A stretch of DNA of 64,000 nucleotides from Candidatus Cloacimonadales bacterium (GCA_963662275.1 OY759316.1:640001-704000), one strand, 5' to 3'; shown: positions 10,553 to 20,874, counted from the first letter of the stretch. A program made the numbers and translations. Notes: a model not told the origin generated them from the sequence alone.

Positions 10553-11983
10553 ATGGATCATTATCAATCAATTAATATCCTGATTAATGTAGCTGAATCC
10601 TATATGCCTAAAGCTGAATATGTATTCAAGACCTATTGTCATATATTAAAGCTGAATCCCAAATTTCATTATGGAACAACTTTTGAGAAAGTACATATCT
10701 ATTACGGAATTGACAATGGAAATACCTACCCCCTGAGAATTCATTACAACCCTGAAGTGGCTAAATTTTACCAGAAAAAAGAGATCTATGCTTCTGAAAA
10801 AGTCAATTTCGTAAATTACAAAGGTGAATTTATCCCATTTATTTTCTCTCTCCCTGGTCAAATCTTTGCTTTCAATGATAGTCATGGTTTGATTCGTAAG
10901 GATATCATTGCTTCCGGTTTTTATTTTCTTTCCTGCTGGAGAGAACACGTCATCGGAAACCAGGCAAGTGACCGTTTTGACTTTAATAGGAGCGTTCAGA
11001 AGTACTGGGATTTCACCGAAACACCCGTAGTGGATGTCTACTGTGAATTGCTTCAAAAAATGCTGGAGCTTTTCCTGGTTGAATTCATGCGCATCACCAC
11101 CTGGCATGATGATAAACGCTTTGCCGTATCCATCTCTCATGATGTTGATTACTGGGATTTCTGGACTAAGGAACATAGAAGCTTTGTCTTACGCTATAAT
11201 CTCAAACGAATCTTCAAACAACCGTTAAATGCCATTTATAAGGCTTTTTCACATACTATTGATAAACAACTTACCAGTGATCCATACAAGAGAATGAAAC
11301 ATCTTGTGAAAAAAGAAGAACAAAGAGGAGTTATTCCTACCTATTTTCTCCTGACGAAATCAGATTTCAAAGATACAAGAATGAATTATTTTGGAAATCC
11401 TGATTACCGTAAAGATATCAATAATTTGTTGGGAAAATGTGATATTGCCTTACATGGAAGCCCGGAATCAGCTTTTCATGAGAATATTCTTCAAAAGGAA
11501 TGGGATTCCATCAAAAGCGGTGGATACGATGCCATCGGTTACAGAGCACACACTCTTTCCTTTCATTATCAACAAACTTTCACTATCTTAGAAAAACTTG
11601 GAATTTGCTATGATGCTACTTTAGGATACTGGGAACATATCGGTTTTCGTGCCGGGGTAAGCTTTCCCTTCTACCCATTTAATATAGCAGAAAACAGACC
11701 CTTTAGAGTTCTTGAGATACCACTCATTGTTATGGATACAACCTTGCTATCTACAAAGGCAATGAATTTAACTACGATCCAGGCATTTCGCCGGATTAAA
11801 AGGTTAATTCATCGGGCTAATCTATTTAAATCACATATATCGATCCTCTGGCATAACACAACCTTCGATCCAGTTGACTTTCCAGGCTGGGGTCCATTGT
11901 ATTGGAAAATTATCAGGGAAGTAAAACACCAGGGTGGCTGGATATGTTCACTCAGACAAGTTTATGAATATTGGATAAAATAA
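10553..11983 (+). CDS. Polysaccharide deacetylase-like protein
   Basis: SHDVD, LHGS, YDATLGY..GFRAG..FP, EIPL..MD and LWHN motifs. Confidence 0.8.
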   Translation: MDHYQSINILINVAESYMPKAEYVFKTYCHILKLNPKFHYGTTFEKVHIYYGIDNGNTYPLRIHYNPEVAKFYQKKEIYASEKVNFVNYKGEFIPFIFSLPGQIFAFNDSHGLIRKDIIASGFYFLSCWREHVIGNQASDRFDFNRSVQKYWDFTETPVVDVYCELLQKMLELFLVEFMRITTWHDDKRFAVSISHDVDYWDFWTKEHRSFVLRYNLKRIFKQPLNAIYKAFSHTIDKQLTSDPYKRMKHLVKKEEQRGVIPTYFLLTKSDFKDTRMNYFGNPDYRKDINNLLGKCDIALHGSPESAFHENILQKEWDSIKSGGYDAIGYRAHTLSFHYQQTFTILEKLGICYDATLGYWEHIGFRAGVSFPFYPFNIAENRPFRVLEIPLIVMDTTLLSTKAMNLTTIQAFRRIKRLIHRANLFKSHISILWHNTTFDPVDFPGWGPLYWKIIREVKHQGGWICSLRQVYEYWIK

Positions 11984-11989
11984 TCACTT

Positions 11990-14251
11990 TTGGAGGAAAG
12001 AATGCTATTGAGTGACAATGCACTCAAAGTGCTTGAAAAACGGTATTATCGAAAAGATGAGGAAGGAAAGTTATTAGAAGACTGGACTGCTATGATTACC
12101 AGGATTGCTCTGAATATCTCTGCCCAGGAACCTGATAAAGCAGACAGGTATTTCAAACTCCTTGATTCCGGTTATTTTCTTCCTAATTCCCCTACTTTAA
12201 TGAATGCTGGTAATGATCTTCAGCAGCTTTCTGCTTGTTTTGTGCTTCCTATTGAAGATAGTATGGACAGTATCTTTGAAACCATCAAGAATGCTGCCCT
12301 TATCCATAAAAGTGGTGGTGGAACAGGTTTCAGCTTTAGCAGGCTACGTGAATCAGATGCCCGTGTTAGATCAACCAACGGTGTGTCAAGTGGTCCTATT
12401 TCATTTCTCAACGTTTTTAATGCTGCAACTCATGCTGTGAAACAAGGAGGTACACGACGGGGAGCTAATATGGCTATCCTCGATGTGAATCACCCCCAGA
12501 TCATGGAATTCATCACATGCAAGGAAAATACAAACGAACTGACGAACTTTAACCTCAGTGTTGGAGTTACTGATCGATTTATGCTGGCAGTTCACCAGGA
12601 TGAAGATTTCGAACTGATATCTCCTAATACGGGAAATGTCATTAAAGTTGTGAAAGCTGCTGATATATTCTCACTAATGGTTGAAATGGCGCATAAGAAT
12701 GGTGAACCGGGTATTATCTTCCTGGATCGGATCAATGAATTCAACCCAACACCCAAACTTGGCAGGATGGAATCAACCAACCCCTGCGGGGAACAGCCAT
12801 TACTACCGAATGAGGCATGTAATCTTGGTTCTATTAACTTAGCAAATCTTTACACAGATAATCAATTTCAGTGGCAAACCTTGAAAAACGTTGTTGAAGA
12901 TAGTGTTGAATTCCTGGATGATGTGATTTCCAGATCGAAATTTCCTCTTCCTCAAATTGAAGCTATGGTGAAAGGGAATCGAAAGATAGGTTTGGGTATT
13001 ATGGGATGGGCAGATCTGCTTTTCATGATGAACATACCATATCAGAGCGATGAAGCAGTTCTCCTGGCTGAAAAAGTGATGGAATTTATTGATTTCCATG
13101 CCAAGCACAAATCAATGGAATTAGCCATTAAATATGGAAGGTTTCCAAACTTTGAAGGCAGCATATATAGCGAAGGAACTCTTCAGCGCACACCATATGA
13201 ACTCGATTGGCAAGCCCTGGTCAAAGACATCCGGAAAAACGGTTTACGTAATGCCACGGTTACCACAATTGCTCCAACAGGTACCATCAGTATGATTCTC
13301 GATGCATCCAGCGGTATTGAACCCCAGTTTTCTCTTGTTTATGTAAAGCAGGTGATGGATGGAGAAAAGCTGTTATACATCAATCAATACTTCGAAAAGG
13401 CAATGAAAGATGCAGGTCTCTTCAGTCTTGAACTGATGGAAAAAGTATCTGAATGTGGAAGCCTTCATGATATCCCTGAAATACCTGAAGAAATTAAAAA
13501 TGTATTTGTCACTGCCCATGATATTTCCCCTGAATGGCATATCATGATGCAGGCAGCCTTCCAGAAATTTACTGATAATGCTGTTTCAAAAACAATTAAT
13601 TTCAGTCGTGATGCAACAAAAGAAGATATTCATATGGCATTTGAATTAGCCTATGAATCCCATTGCAAGGGTGTCACTGTGTATCGAGATGGAAGTCGGG
13701 AAAACCAGGTGCTGAATATTGGCTCTTCCATAAAGGATGAAAAACATCCCGATTCAAAGATCGGACCACGTCATAGACCCGATGTAACTTTTGGTATTAC
13801 CCAGCGGGTGGAAACCGGTTGCGGACATTCCTATGTGACGATAAATCGCGATGATGAAGGTGCTTGCGAAGTATTCATTCAAATGGGAAAAGTTGGTGGT
13901 TGCGCTTCTGCACAATTGGAAGCTATTGCCCGTTTATGTTCATTGGCACTGAGATCACGCATTCAAATTGATTCTATCATTCGACAATTGAAGGGAATAC
14001 GTTGTCCTTCTCCCATGTGGAGCAAGGGAAATATGATCACTTCCTGTGCTGATGCCGTTGCTCAAGCATTAGAAACTTTTAGTCATTCGAATCAGACTGG
14101 AGATTTATATATCAAGAATATCACGACCGGAACTTACCAGGAATACAGTCAGAAAGGAAACATGAGCGGTACATGTCCTGAATGCGGTAGTGCGGTTGAA
14201 CATAGTGAAGGGTGTATGAAATGCTTGAGTTGTGGCTGGTCAAAATGCTAG
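11990..14251 (+). CDS. nrdJ: Class II (adenosylcobalamin-dependent) ribonucleotide reductase with TSCPD/Zn-ribbon tail (start probably 12002)
   Basis: PNSPTLMNAG, TNPCGEQPL, CNLGS and TIAPTGTIS motifs; C-terminal CPECG..CLSCGWSKC; no small subunit adjacent. Confidence 0.93.
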   Translation: MEERMLLSDNALKVLEKRYYRKDEEGKLLEDWTAMITRIALNISAQEPDKADRYFKLLDSGYFLPNSPTLMNAGNDLQQLSACFVLPIEDSMDSIFETIKNAALIHKSGGGTGFSFSRLRESDARVRSTNGVSSGPISFLNVFNAATHAVKQGGTRRGANMAILDVNHPQIMEFITCKENTNELTNFNLSVGVTDRFMLAVHQDEDFELISPNTGNVIKVVKAADIFSLMVEMAHKNGEPGIIFLDRINEFNPTPKLGRMESTNPCGEQPLLPNEACNLGSINLANLYTDNQFQWQTLKNVVEDSVEFLDDVISRSKFPLPQIEAMVKGNRKIGLGIMGWADLLFMMNIPYQSDEAVLLAEKVMEFIDFHAKHKSMELAIKYGRFPNFEGSIYSEGTLQRTPYELDWQALVKDIRKNGLRNATVTTIAPTGTISMILDASSGIEPQFSLVYVKQVMDGEKLLYINQYFEKAMKDAGLFSLELMEKVSECGSLHDIPEIPEEIKNVFVTAHDISPEWHIMMQAAFQKFTDNAVSKTINFSRDATKEDIHMAFELAYESHCKGVTVYRDGSRENQVLNIGSSIKDEKHPDSKIGPRHRPDVTFGITQRVETGCGHSYVTINRDDEGACEVFIQMGKVGGCASAQLEAIARLCSLALRSRIQIDSIIRQLKGIRCPSPMWSKGNMITSCADAVAQALETFSHSNQTGDLYIKNITTGTYQEYSQKGNMSGTCPECGSAVEHSEGCMKCLSCGWSKC

Positions 14252-14252
14252 C

Positions 14253-14420
14253 GTAGCTCCGGGTTTAGCCGGTTGTACTATTGTCGCGCCGTCTTCAGTC
14301 GGTCGTTCTTGTAGCTCCGGGTTCAACCGGTTGTACTATTGTCGCGCCGTCTTCAGTCGGTCGTTCTTGTAGCTCCGGGTTTAGCCGGTTGTACTATCGT
14401 TGCGCCGTCTTTAGCCGGTT
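14253..14420. repeat. Three tandem 58-bp units, each with two GTAG/GTCG-led REP-like hairpins
   Basis: gtagctccgggtttagccggttgtactattgtcgcgccgtcttcagtcggtcgttctt starting at 14253, 14311 and 14369. Confidence 0.9.
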
Positions 14421-14454
14421 ATTCTGAATCAATACATGTCAAATAGGAGGAAAT

Positions 14455-16608
14455 ATGCAGCCTGGCAGTTTGGGTAATTTCTTTCATAAAAAATACAAAA
14501 GCTGGTACATTAATCTATTAATAGCACTTGTATTAAGCTTGATTATTCTCTTTTTTCAAAAAACCTCTTTCTTCCAGGATTTTGAATCCAAGACCCTCGA
14601 CTATCGTTTTCGTCTTTTTCCAATAGCAAATCGAACTGACCCGAATGTTGTGATGATAGCCATCGATGACAACAGCCTGCGTGATATGCGTCAGAACCGT
14701 GTTGTCTGGCCTTGGGCACGAGATATGTACGCTGCTGTTGTGAACTATCTTGGCAGCCAGGGAGCAAAAGCTATCATTTTTGATATGCAATTCTATGAAC
14801 CGGATTATGACAGGGCGGATGTAAGTTCTGAAGTTCTAGACCAGGAATTTGCTCAGTCCATCCTTGAGAACCAGCGCGTTGTCCTGGGTATGCAACTGGT
14901 TCCTGATGCCACTTCTATTCCTTCCGAATTATCCAGGTTTGCTTCTCTGAAACCATCTGTGCTTCTTCCTTCCACAACACGTTACAAGGGAGTATTAGCA
15001 CCGTTGCCTCAGTTTATGAATAGTGCTGCGAAAGTTGGTATCATCAATATCGAACCTGATAAAGATGGAGTTATCAGACGTGTGCCGTTTTTGTATCAAT
15101 TCGGAAATAAATACTATCCTCAAATCAGTTATAGCACTTGGTTATTGAACAACCAGGCTGAAAATACCCAATTACATAATTTACCCTTTGATAAAGTAGG
15201 AAACTACCTGATAAACTGGTACGGTCCCGCCGGAGTTAATGGTGTTTTCAAATACTTGCGCTTCACTTCAGTACTTCAATCCGCATCTGCTAACGCTGTT
15301 GGTTTACCTCCTCAAATACCGAACGGTTATTTTAAGGATAAATATGTGATCATTGGTGCTACTGCTGGTGGATTAATGGATTTGAAGATCAGTCCTTATA
15401 CACAGATCATGCCGGGAATGGAAATCTGGGGAACGATACTGAGTAATTTATTGAATCATGACTTCATTCATATTATCCCTTCATGGTTTAATTTTGTCCT
15501 TTTATTGCTAGTTTCCTTCCTTGTGATGATATCATTTTGTCATATCGGCAATAAATGGAATCAGCTAGTTTTGCTGTTGCTGCTGATGTTCATTGTGGCA
15601 TCCAATTTTATCTTGTGGTCAAATGGGAGATATTTACTGAACCTGGTAAGTCCTCTACTGGCTTTTTTTATGGCTTATTTCTATATTCTTGCTATCAGTT
15701 ATCTGATGGAAGGACGGAATAAAAGGGAGATTCGTAAGATCTTTTCCCGTTATCTGCATCCTGACGTTGTGGAGAAACTTGTTGAAAATCCAGATCTTGT
15801 GCAGATGGGAGGTGAAGAAATCGACGCTACCATCCTGTTTTCCGATATCTATAATTTCACTACTCTATCCGAAAAGACAACACCCCAAGAGTTGGTACGT
15901 ACATTGAATGAATATTTCAGTCATTTCACTAACTCGATTTTAGATTTTCATGGTTTATTGGATAAATATACGGGAGATGGTTTGATGGCTCTCTGGGGTG
16001 TACCGATTCCCAGGAAAGATCATGCTTTACTGGCATGCCAGGCAGCTCTTGCCCATAGAGTATACAGCTTGGAACTATTAAGAACAAAACCTGAACTGAC
16101 TGCTGCTGAAAACCTGCATCTATTTACGCGAGTAGGTGTTAATTCAGGTAAGATCGTTGCCGGAAATATCGGTTCTGAACGACGTATGGATTACACTGCC
16201 ATCGGTGATGCCGTGAATCTCTCCGCCCGTTTGGAAGGTGTGAATAAGATTTTTCACACGAATATCATTATCAGCGAATCGACTTATCAGCAGGTTTCTG
16301 ATCTCTTTATTTGCCGTGAATTGGATTACCTCCGTGTGAAAGGAAAGAAGGAACCTACAAGGATATTCGAACTCCTGGACGAGAAAGCCAATTCAGCAAA
16401 AATTGATTATTCCTGGATCGCAGAATACGAAAAAGCCTTGGAGCTTTACCGTAAAGGTGATTGGAAGGAAGCTATTCTCATATTCCAAGCTTTAAATGAA
16501 GGCGACTTGAAAGACCAACCCTCTCTCACGATGCGTGAACGATGCGAATATCTGATCAAGAATCCACCTGCCACCTGGGATGGAATTCTAACACTTGAGG
16601 TCAAATAA
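14455..16608 (+). CDS. CHASE2-domain membrane class III adenylate cyclase with C-terminal TPR-like tail
   Basis: IAIDD..WPW.R CHASE2 motif, three TMs, FSDIYNFT, DKYTGD and TAIGDAVNLSARLE. Confidence 0.92.
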   Translation: MQPGSLGNFFHKKYKSWYINLLIALVLSLIILFFQKTSFFQDFESKTLDYRFRLFPIANRTDPNVVMIAIDDNSLRDMRQNRVVWPWARDMYAAVVNYLGSQGAKAIIFDMQFYEPDYDRADVSSEVLDQEFAQSILENQRVVLGMQLVPDATSIPSELSRFASLKPSVLLPSTTRYKGVLAPLPQFMNSAAKVGIINIEPDKDGVIRRVPFLYQFGNKYYPQISYSTWLLNNQAENTQLHNLPFDKVGNYLINWYGPAGVNGVFKYLRFTSVLQSASANAVGLPPQIPNGYFKDKYVIIGATAGGLMDLKISPYTQIMPGMEIWGTILSNLLNHDFIHIIPSWFNFVLLLLVSFLVMISFCHIGNKWNQLVLLLLLMFIVASNFILWSNGRYLLNLVSPLLAFFMAYFYILAISYLMEGRNKREIRKIFSRYLHPDVVEKLVENPDLVQMGGEEIDATILFSDIYNFTTLSEKTTPQELVRTLNEYFSHFTNSILDFHGLLDKYTGDGLMALWGVPIPRKDHALLACQAALAHRVYSLELLRTKPELTAAENLHLFTRVGVNSGKIVAGNIGSERRMDYTAIGDAVNLSARLEGVNKIFHTNIIISESTYQQVSDLFICRELDYLRVKGKKEPTRIFELLDEKANSAKIDYSWIAEYEKALELYRKGDWKEAILIFQALNEGDLKDQPSLTMRERCEYLIKNPPATWDGILTLEVK

Positions 16609-16613
16609 GCAAA

Positions 16614-16771
16614 AACTAATAACTAAAAACTAAAAGTTGAAGATAGTGAAGAGGGGAAAACTAAAAGTTGAACTTATTGCATTCTCCCTCTGTACCTGTA
16701 TCTTTAAGTTACTAGTTATTCACTTTTAGCTGGATTGCTGTTCTGTCACTTTTAGTTTTTAGTTATTAGTT
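16614..16771. repeat. 24-bp perfect inverted repeat built from heptamers
   Basis: aactaataactaaaaactaaaagt (16614-16637) and acttttagtttttagttattagtt (16748-16771). Confidence 0.8.
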
Positions 16772-16922
16772 ATATTTTGTTTTCTGCCGGAACGCTGTTT
16801 TCAAACGGCTATGCTCTGCCTCTTAGTCGAAGCCACATCTGACAGATATATTACCCAGGTTGGAATTAATAAATAATGAAATCGCACTTGTATAAAATTC
16901 AATGCCCCAGGAATAAAATAAT

Positions 16923-16951
16923 TTGACATCAAGTAAACACAATTGTATATT
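16923..16951 (+). promoter_or_regulatory. sigma70-like promoter followed by an RBS and a truncated 8-codon ORF at 16990
   Basis: TTGACA-N17-TATATT; AAGGAG before ATG 16990. Confidence 0.5.
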
Positions 16952-17055
16952 GTGTTCAGCTCATCTACCAAGTTGTAGAAGGAGTAACGATGCCGTTTAG
17001 AGATAAACGGTATTAGCTATTGTTGACTGTTTTGAAATTCCTTCACTCTATCTTT

Positions 17056-17183
17056 CGGACACCAGACAGCTCCCAAAACCATAGACTTCTGCCTATCATG
17101 CTCCAGGTGACAACTCTCATCACAATAGATGCTCCATTTTGTTATAATTAGATTGCATTCTAATATTAAATCCTGCAAGGATG
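17056..17183. repeat. ~125-bp direct repeat 'A', copy 1 (copy 2 at 26139-26282)
   Basis: cggacacca.cagctcccaaaaccatagacttctgcctatcatgctc...gcattctaatattaaatcctg.aaggatg shared by both copies. Confidence 0.9.
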
Positions 17184-17240
17184 AAATCCGATAGCCTTAG
17201 GCGTAAGCCTCAGGTAACCGATTACCACACATCCATTTGA

Positions 17241-19133
17241 GGAGATGTCCCGAAACTAAATGATAGAAAAATAGCAACTATTAAATATTAATCATATTAC
17301 TTGACATATTGTTATAGGGTGTATTGTTGCCTTTAAAAACTAAGCATAGAGAGAATTATGAATTTCAGAGAGCACAATCCGAATCAGGGGACACTCTATG
17401 GACTTAATATTGAAGAGAGAATACCTCCCCAGCACATGGTTCGTTATGTTAACGATGTCGTTGAGCAACTGGACTTATCTGAGCTATACACAAGATACTC
17501 TGATGAAGGTACACCTGCTTATCATCCCAAGATGATGTTGAAGATCATTGTGTATGCCTATATCAATGGTATTTATACCTGTCGGAAGATAGCTAAGGCT
17601 GTTCGGGAGAACATCAATTTTATCTGGCTGGCAGGAGAACAGGAACCTGATTTCAGAACGATCAACACCTTTGCCTGGACTAAGTGTTCTGATATTCTTA
17701 TTGATGTATTTTATCAGGTAGTACTGAAAGCATCATCATTAGGATATCTTGATCTCGACACCTGTTTTGTTGACGGGACGACGATTCACGCAAATGCCGG
17801 CAAGAATTCCTACATCTGGAAAAGCAATGCGCTTCGTTATCAGGAACTGGTCAAGACACGAGTTGAGGGATTGTTTAAAAAGATCGAGGAATATAATCAG
17901 GAAGAGCAACAGCAATATGGAACCGCTGATCTTCTTGAGCTTGGTGAGCAATTGCATGCGGTTGAATCAGAGAAAACTGCTACAGTCGCATCTGAACAGA
18001 TCAGAGATAGACTGGTCTCAGCAGAAAACAAGCTGAAAGAAGCAATGTCCCGACTACAGAAAAATCATCCGTCAGATACTCGGGCTATCAAGAAAATCAA
18101 ATCTCTTTTGCGCGAAATCTCCAAATCAAAGAGCAATGATATAACTAAGCTGGAGAAATATGAGCAACAGCTTGAGATAATTGGAGAAGGACGCAGCAGC
18201 ACATCCAAGACTGATAATGATGCCACATTTATGCGATTGAAAAATGGACAGCTGGCACCGGGTTATGTTGCCAGTATCGGAACTTCAGAGCAATTTGTCA
18301 CAGGCATTCACTTATTCAATATCCCTAAAGAAACCGTTGAATTTCCCAATCTCATGGAGCAAATGCATGATGAATTGGGACAATATCCTACCGACGTTGT
18401 TGGAGATGCTGCCTATGGCACTGCGCTGAATTTGAATTATGCTGCTGAAAAAGAGATAACAAGCTATCTCAAGACCCAGGATTATAAGAGAGATTATCGG
18501 GACTCTCTTCTGACAGGCTTTAGCTATGATGAGGAGCATGATGAGTGGGTCTGTCAATTTAATCGGAGACTGGTCAAAATCAAGGAAGAAGAGACAGAGA
18601 AGAACGGTCCGAAACGAATCGTGAAAACCTATATATGTAATGACTGCAGAGAATGTCCTCACAATAAAAAGTGTATTCCCTACAAGGATAAAACACATAA
18701 ATCACTGACCTACGATCCTCATATAGCTCCACTAAAACGTCAGACAGTCAATAATCTGCTTTCTGAAAAAGGCGACAAGCTGAGAAAGCAAAGAGGCATC
18801 GAACCGGAGGCTGTATTTGCTTTCATGAAGTGGAACAGGAAGTTTGAGAGATTTACTGTCCGTTCATTGAGAAAATGCAAGGAACAGTTATCCCTCCTCT
18901 TTTTAGGACATAATATAGGGAAAATGTTTCTGCACTTACAAAATACTGAAGGAAAAGCCTGATGAAGACTCTTCCTACCAGAATTCAAACATGAATTAGG
19001 TAAATATTACTCCGTTTTTCCTTGTCTTTGCATCGCTTTTCGGAAACTATTGAGTAATTTAGTTTGCCTGTAAAAACAATCACATATTTTACAACAGAAG
19101 AAAATAAAATCATGCTAGTTTCGGGACATCTCC
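17241..19133 (+). mobile_element. IS1182-family insertion sequence, copy 1 (1893 bp)
   Basis: Perfect 18-bp terminal IRs GGAGATGTCCCGAAACTA; contains the transposase. Confidence 0.95.
17358..18962 (+). CDS. IS1182-family DDE transposase
   Basis: YHPKMMLK, PDFRTI, VDGTTIHANA, TDNDATFM, GDAAY, Cys cluster and IEPEAVF motifs. Confidence 0.93.
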   Translation: MNFREHNPNQGTLYGLNIEERIPPQHMVRYVNDVVEQLDLSELYTRYSDEGTPAYHPKMMLKIIVYAYINGIYTCRKIAKAVRENINFIWLAGEQEPDFRTINTFAWTKCSDILIDVFYQVVLKASSLGYLDLDTCFVDGTTIHANAGKNSYIWKSNALRYQELVKTRVEGLFKKIEEYNQEEQQQYGTADLLELGEQLHAVESEKTATVASEQIRDRLVSAENKLKEAMSRLQKNHPSDTRAIKKIKSLLREISKSKSNDITKLEKYEQQLEIIGEGRSSTSKTDNDATFMRLKNGQLAPGYVASIGTSEQFVTGIHLFNIPKETVEFPNLMEQMHDELGQYPTDVVGDAAYGTALNLNYAAEKEITSYLKTQDYKRDYRDSLLTGFSYDEEHDEWVCQFNRRLVKIKEEETEKNGPKRIVKTYICNDCRECPHNKKCIPYKDKTHKSLTYDPHIAPLKRQTVNNLLSEKGDKLRKQRGIEPEAVFAFMKWNRKFERFTVRSLRKCKEQLSLLFLGHNIGKMFLHLQNTEGKA

Positions 19134-19157
19134 GACATAAATAGACTTAACTAGTTG

Positions 19158-19368
19158 TTATTTGTTATCTTTCTGATCAATTTTCGCTTTCATTAATGCT
19201 GGCAGATTGATTGTCGGTAATGTATATTTGCCGTATAGTCCAAATGAGCTCACATTCCACAAATATCCCCTTACTGAATTTATTGTGATTTGGACTGCTG
19301 AATTGATAAGACCGTTCCTTTTTTCTTCCGGGTTTTCTTCAATGATGTTCAAATCAAATCTGGAAGCT
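19158..19368 (-). pseudogene. 3' remnant of a SecB-like chaperone gene homologous to 24742-25188
   Basis: GLINSAVQITINSVRGYLWNVSSFG...KAKIDQKDNK almost matches the intact gene; the 5' part is missing. Confidence 0.85.
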
Positions 19369-19401
19369 GCTTATTACAATGAGTGTTTTTAATACATACA
19401 C

Positions 19402-19430
19402 TAATGGACGGCTGTTGCTGCCGTCCATTA
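19402..19430. terminator. Hairpin, possible terminator for the minus-strand genes upstream
   Basis: taatggacggc-tgttgct-gccgtccatta. Confidence 0.55.
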
Positions 19431-19462
19431 TGAAAGTTACTTTCTTTCTGTTCAGTTATATA

Positions 19463-19642
19463 TTAACCCTTATTTTGTAAGATAATTGGCTTTCCTTTTG
19501 TGACAAAAAGAATCCTGTCCAAAAGCCTTTGTTTCTCCAGTTGCCTTTGCTCAATGATTTGATCAGTCATTTTGATGATCATATCTTTTATCTGTTCATC
19601 AGTTAAAGATCTCTCATCACTTTGTCTGATTATCGTTTTCAT
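19463..19642 (-). CDS. Small hypothetical protein, 59 aa (MKTIIRQSDERSLTDEQIKDM...), not in the ORF track
   Basis: Manual translation; strong GGAGGA RBS directly after the upstream stop. Confidence 0.55.
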   Translation of the reverse strand: MKTIIRQSDERSLTDEQIKDMIIKMTDQIIEQRQLEKQRLLDRILFVTKGKPIILQNKG

Positions 19643-19656
19643 AATTCCTCCACATT

Positions 19657-20618
19657 CTACAAAATCGTAGGTGCTAAGACTTCGTCACAAGAAATATATC
19701 TAAATCCTTTTTTGTCAACAACTGCTAATTTAACTTGCCCGCCGACTGTTGGGATATCTTCCGTATATTTCTGAAAATCCATTTCTACTCGAAGCAGCAA
19801 GCAAGACAAATCAACTGCTTGTTGTAAACTTAATTCTCCGAGTTTTAAGATTTTTAAATCCTGTTGAATATCAGATACAGCTAGAATTTCTTCACTGATT
19901 TTGAGTAATTTCTCCTGCGATAATTCATAATCAGTAATATCCAACGTTTTGGTTATTATTGGAATAAGTTGTGGTATTAAATTCAACAATTTGAAATAAA
20001 AACCATAGAGAATACCTTCAGTGATCCCATATTGCCCATCATATACTACTGTCTGGAAATCAAGTCGTTGAATAAAACTGATTAGTTTATCATCCTCAAC
20101 TTGCATACCTGGCTGAGTATCATAAATCATGATTTGATACACTTCCGTTTTTTGAGATAATGGAGAGAAATTACTGATAATAAAAGTTGTGTAACCAACT
20201 GCATTGTTATTTGCGATGATTCTTTGATTTTCACTAATAGAAAATCTTTTAAATCAATGATTATCGTTTGTAAATCCATATTGCCGAATTGTGGATTTTG
20301 CCCGTTGATGTCTTTCTTTTCCTGTATCAATTCGGAGATTCTAATGTTGTTTATTCTTGCCGTGCCAGATGTGGTTATTGCAGTAAATTCATCATATTTA
20401 AAAAGCTTCTCTTCAAAATCTCGTGTGTGATGTGGTTTTTACTTAAAGAGATCCATAATTTCCTGTGGATCTAATGAAATTGGATTGGTTCCATTCTCTT
20501 TGTTTTACAATAAAGTGAAAAGGTCATTTTCTTCTATCACTCGAGTGAGTGATGTAACTCAAGAATCTGCTATAACTGCGAAACCATCTCTTGCTTTTAC
20601 TGTAGCTATAAATGTCAT
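19657..20618 (-). pseudogene. Disrupted proteasome-beta-like (Ntn-hydrolase) gene
   Basis: AGGAGG RBS then MTFIATVKARDGFAVIADS* (TGA at codon 20); further frame breaks; C-terminus IPTVGGQVKLAVVDKKGFRYI. Confidence 0.7.
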
Positions 20619-20778
20619 TTAATTCCTCCTTCACCGTCCCAAAATTAACTACTTATATAATACTAATCTTAAGAAAAATGTAAAGAGATTTTTACTCACT
20701 ATCTTTTCATGTAGCTCGACAAGCCCCCAAAGGTTACAAACCTTCGGGGAAAACATTATACGATCATATGGTACAATC

Positions 20779-20868
20779 GTTGGAACGCTGTTTTCAAACG
20801 GCTATGCTCTGCACTTCGGAATAGCCTAATAAATTAAGCGTTCCACCATTTGAAAATAGCGTTCCAAC
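20779..20868. repeat. GGAACGC-type REP inverted pair; the left arm is identical over 31 bp to 16789-16819
   Basis: gttggaacgctgttttcaaa / tttgaaaatagcgttccaac. Confidence 0.8.
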
Positions 20869-20874
20869 AACAAA

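Noticed and set aside
11984..12001. Cobalamin riboswitch upstream of nrdJ
   Set aside because: The intergenic gap is under 20 bp, leaving no room
17739..18988. Small overlapping ORFs inside IS1182 (and their mirrors in copy 2)
   Set aside because: Alternate-frame shadows of the transposase; duplicated only because the IS is duplicated
20559..20561. TGA recoding (selenocysteine or alternative genetic code) in the proteasome-like gene
   Set aside because: TGA terminates normal genes here (for example lon) and the gene has additional frameshifts
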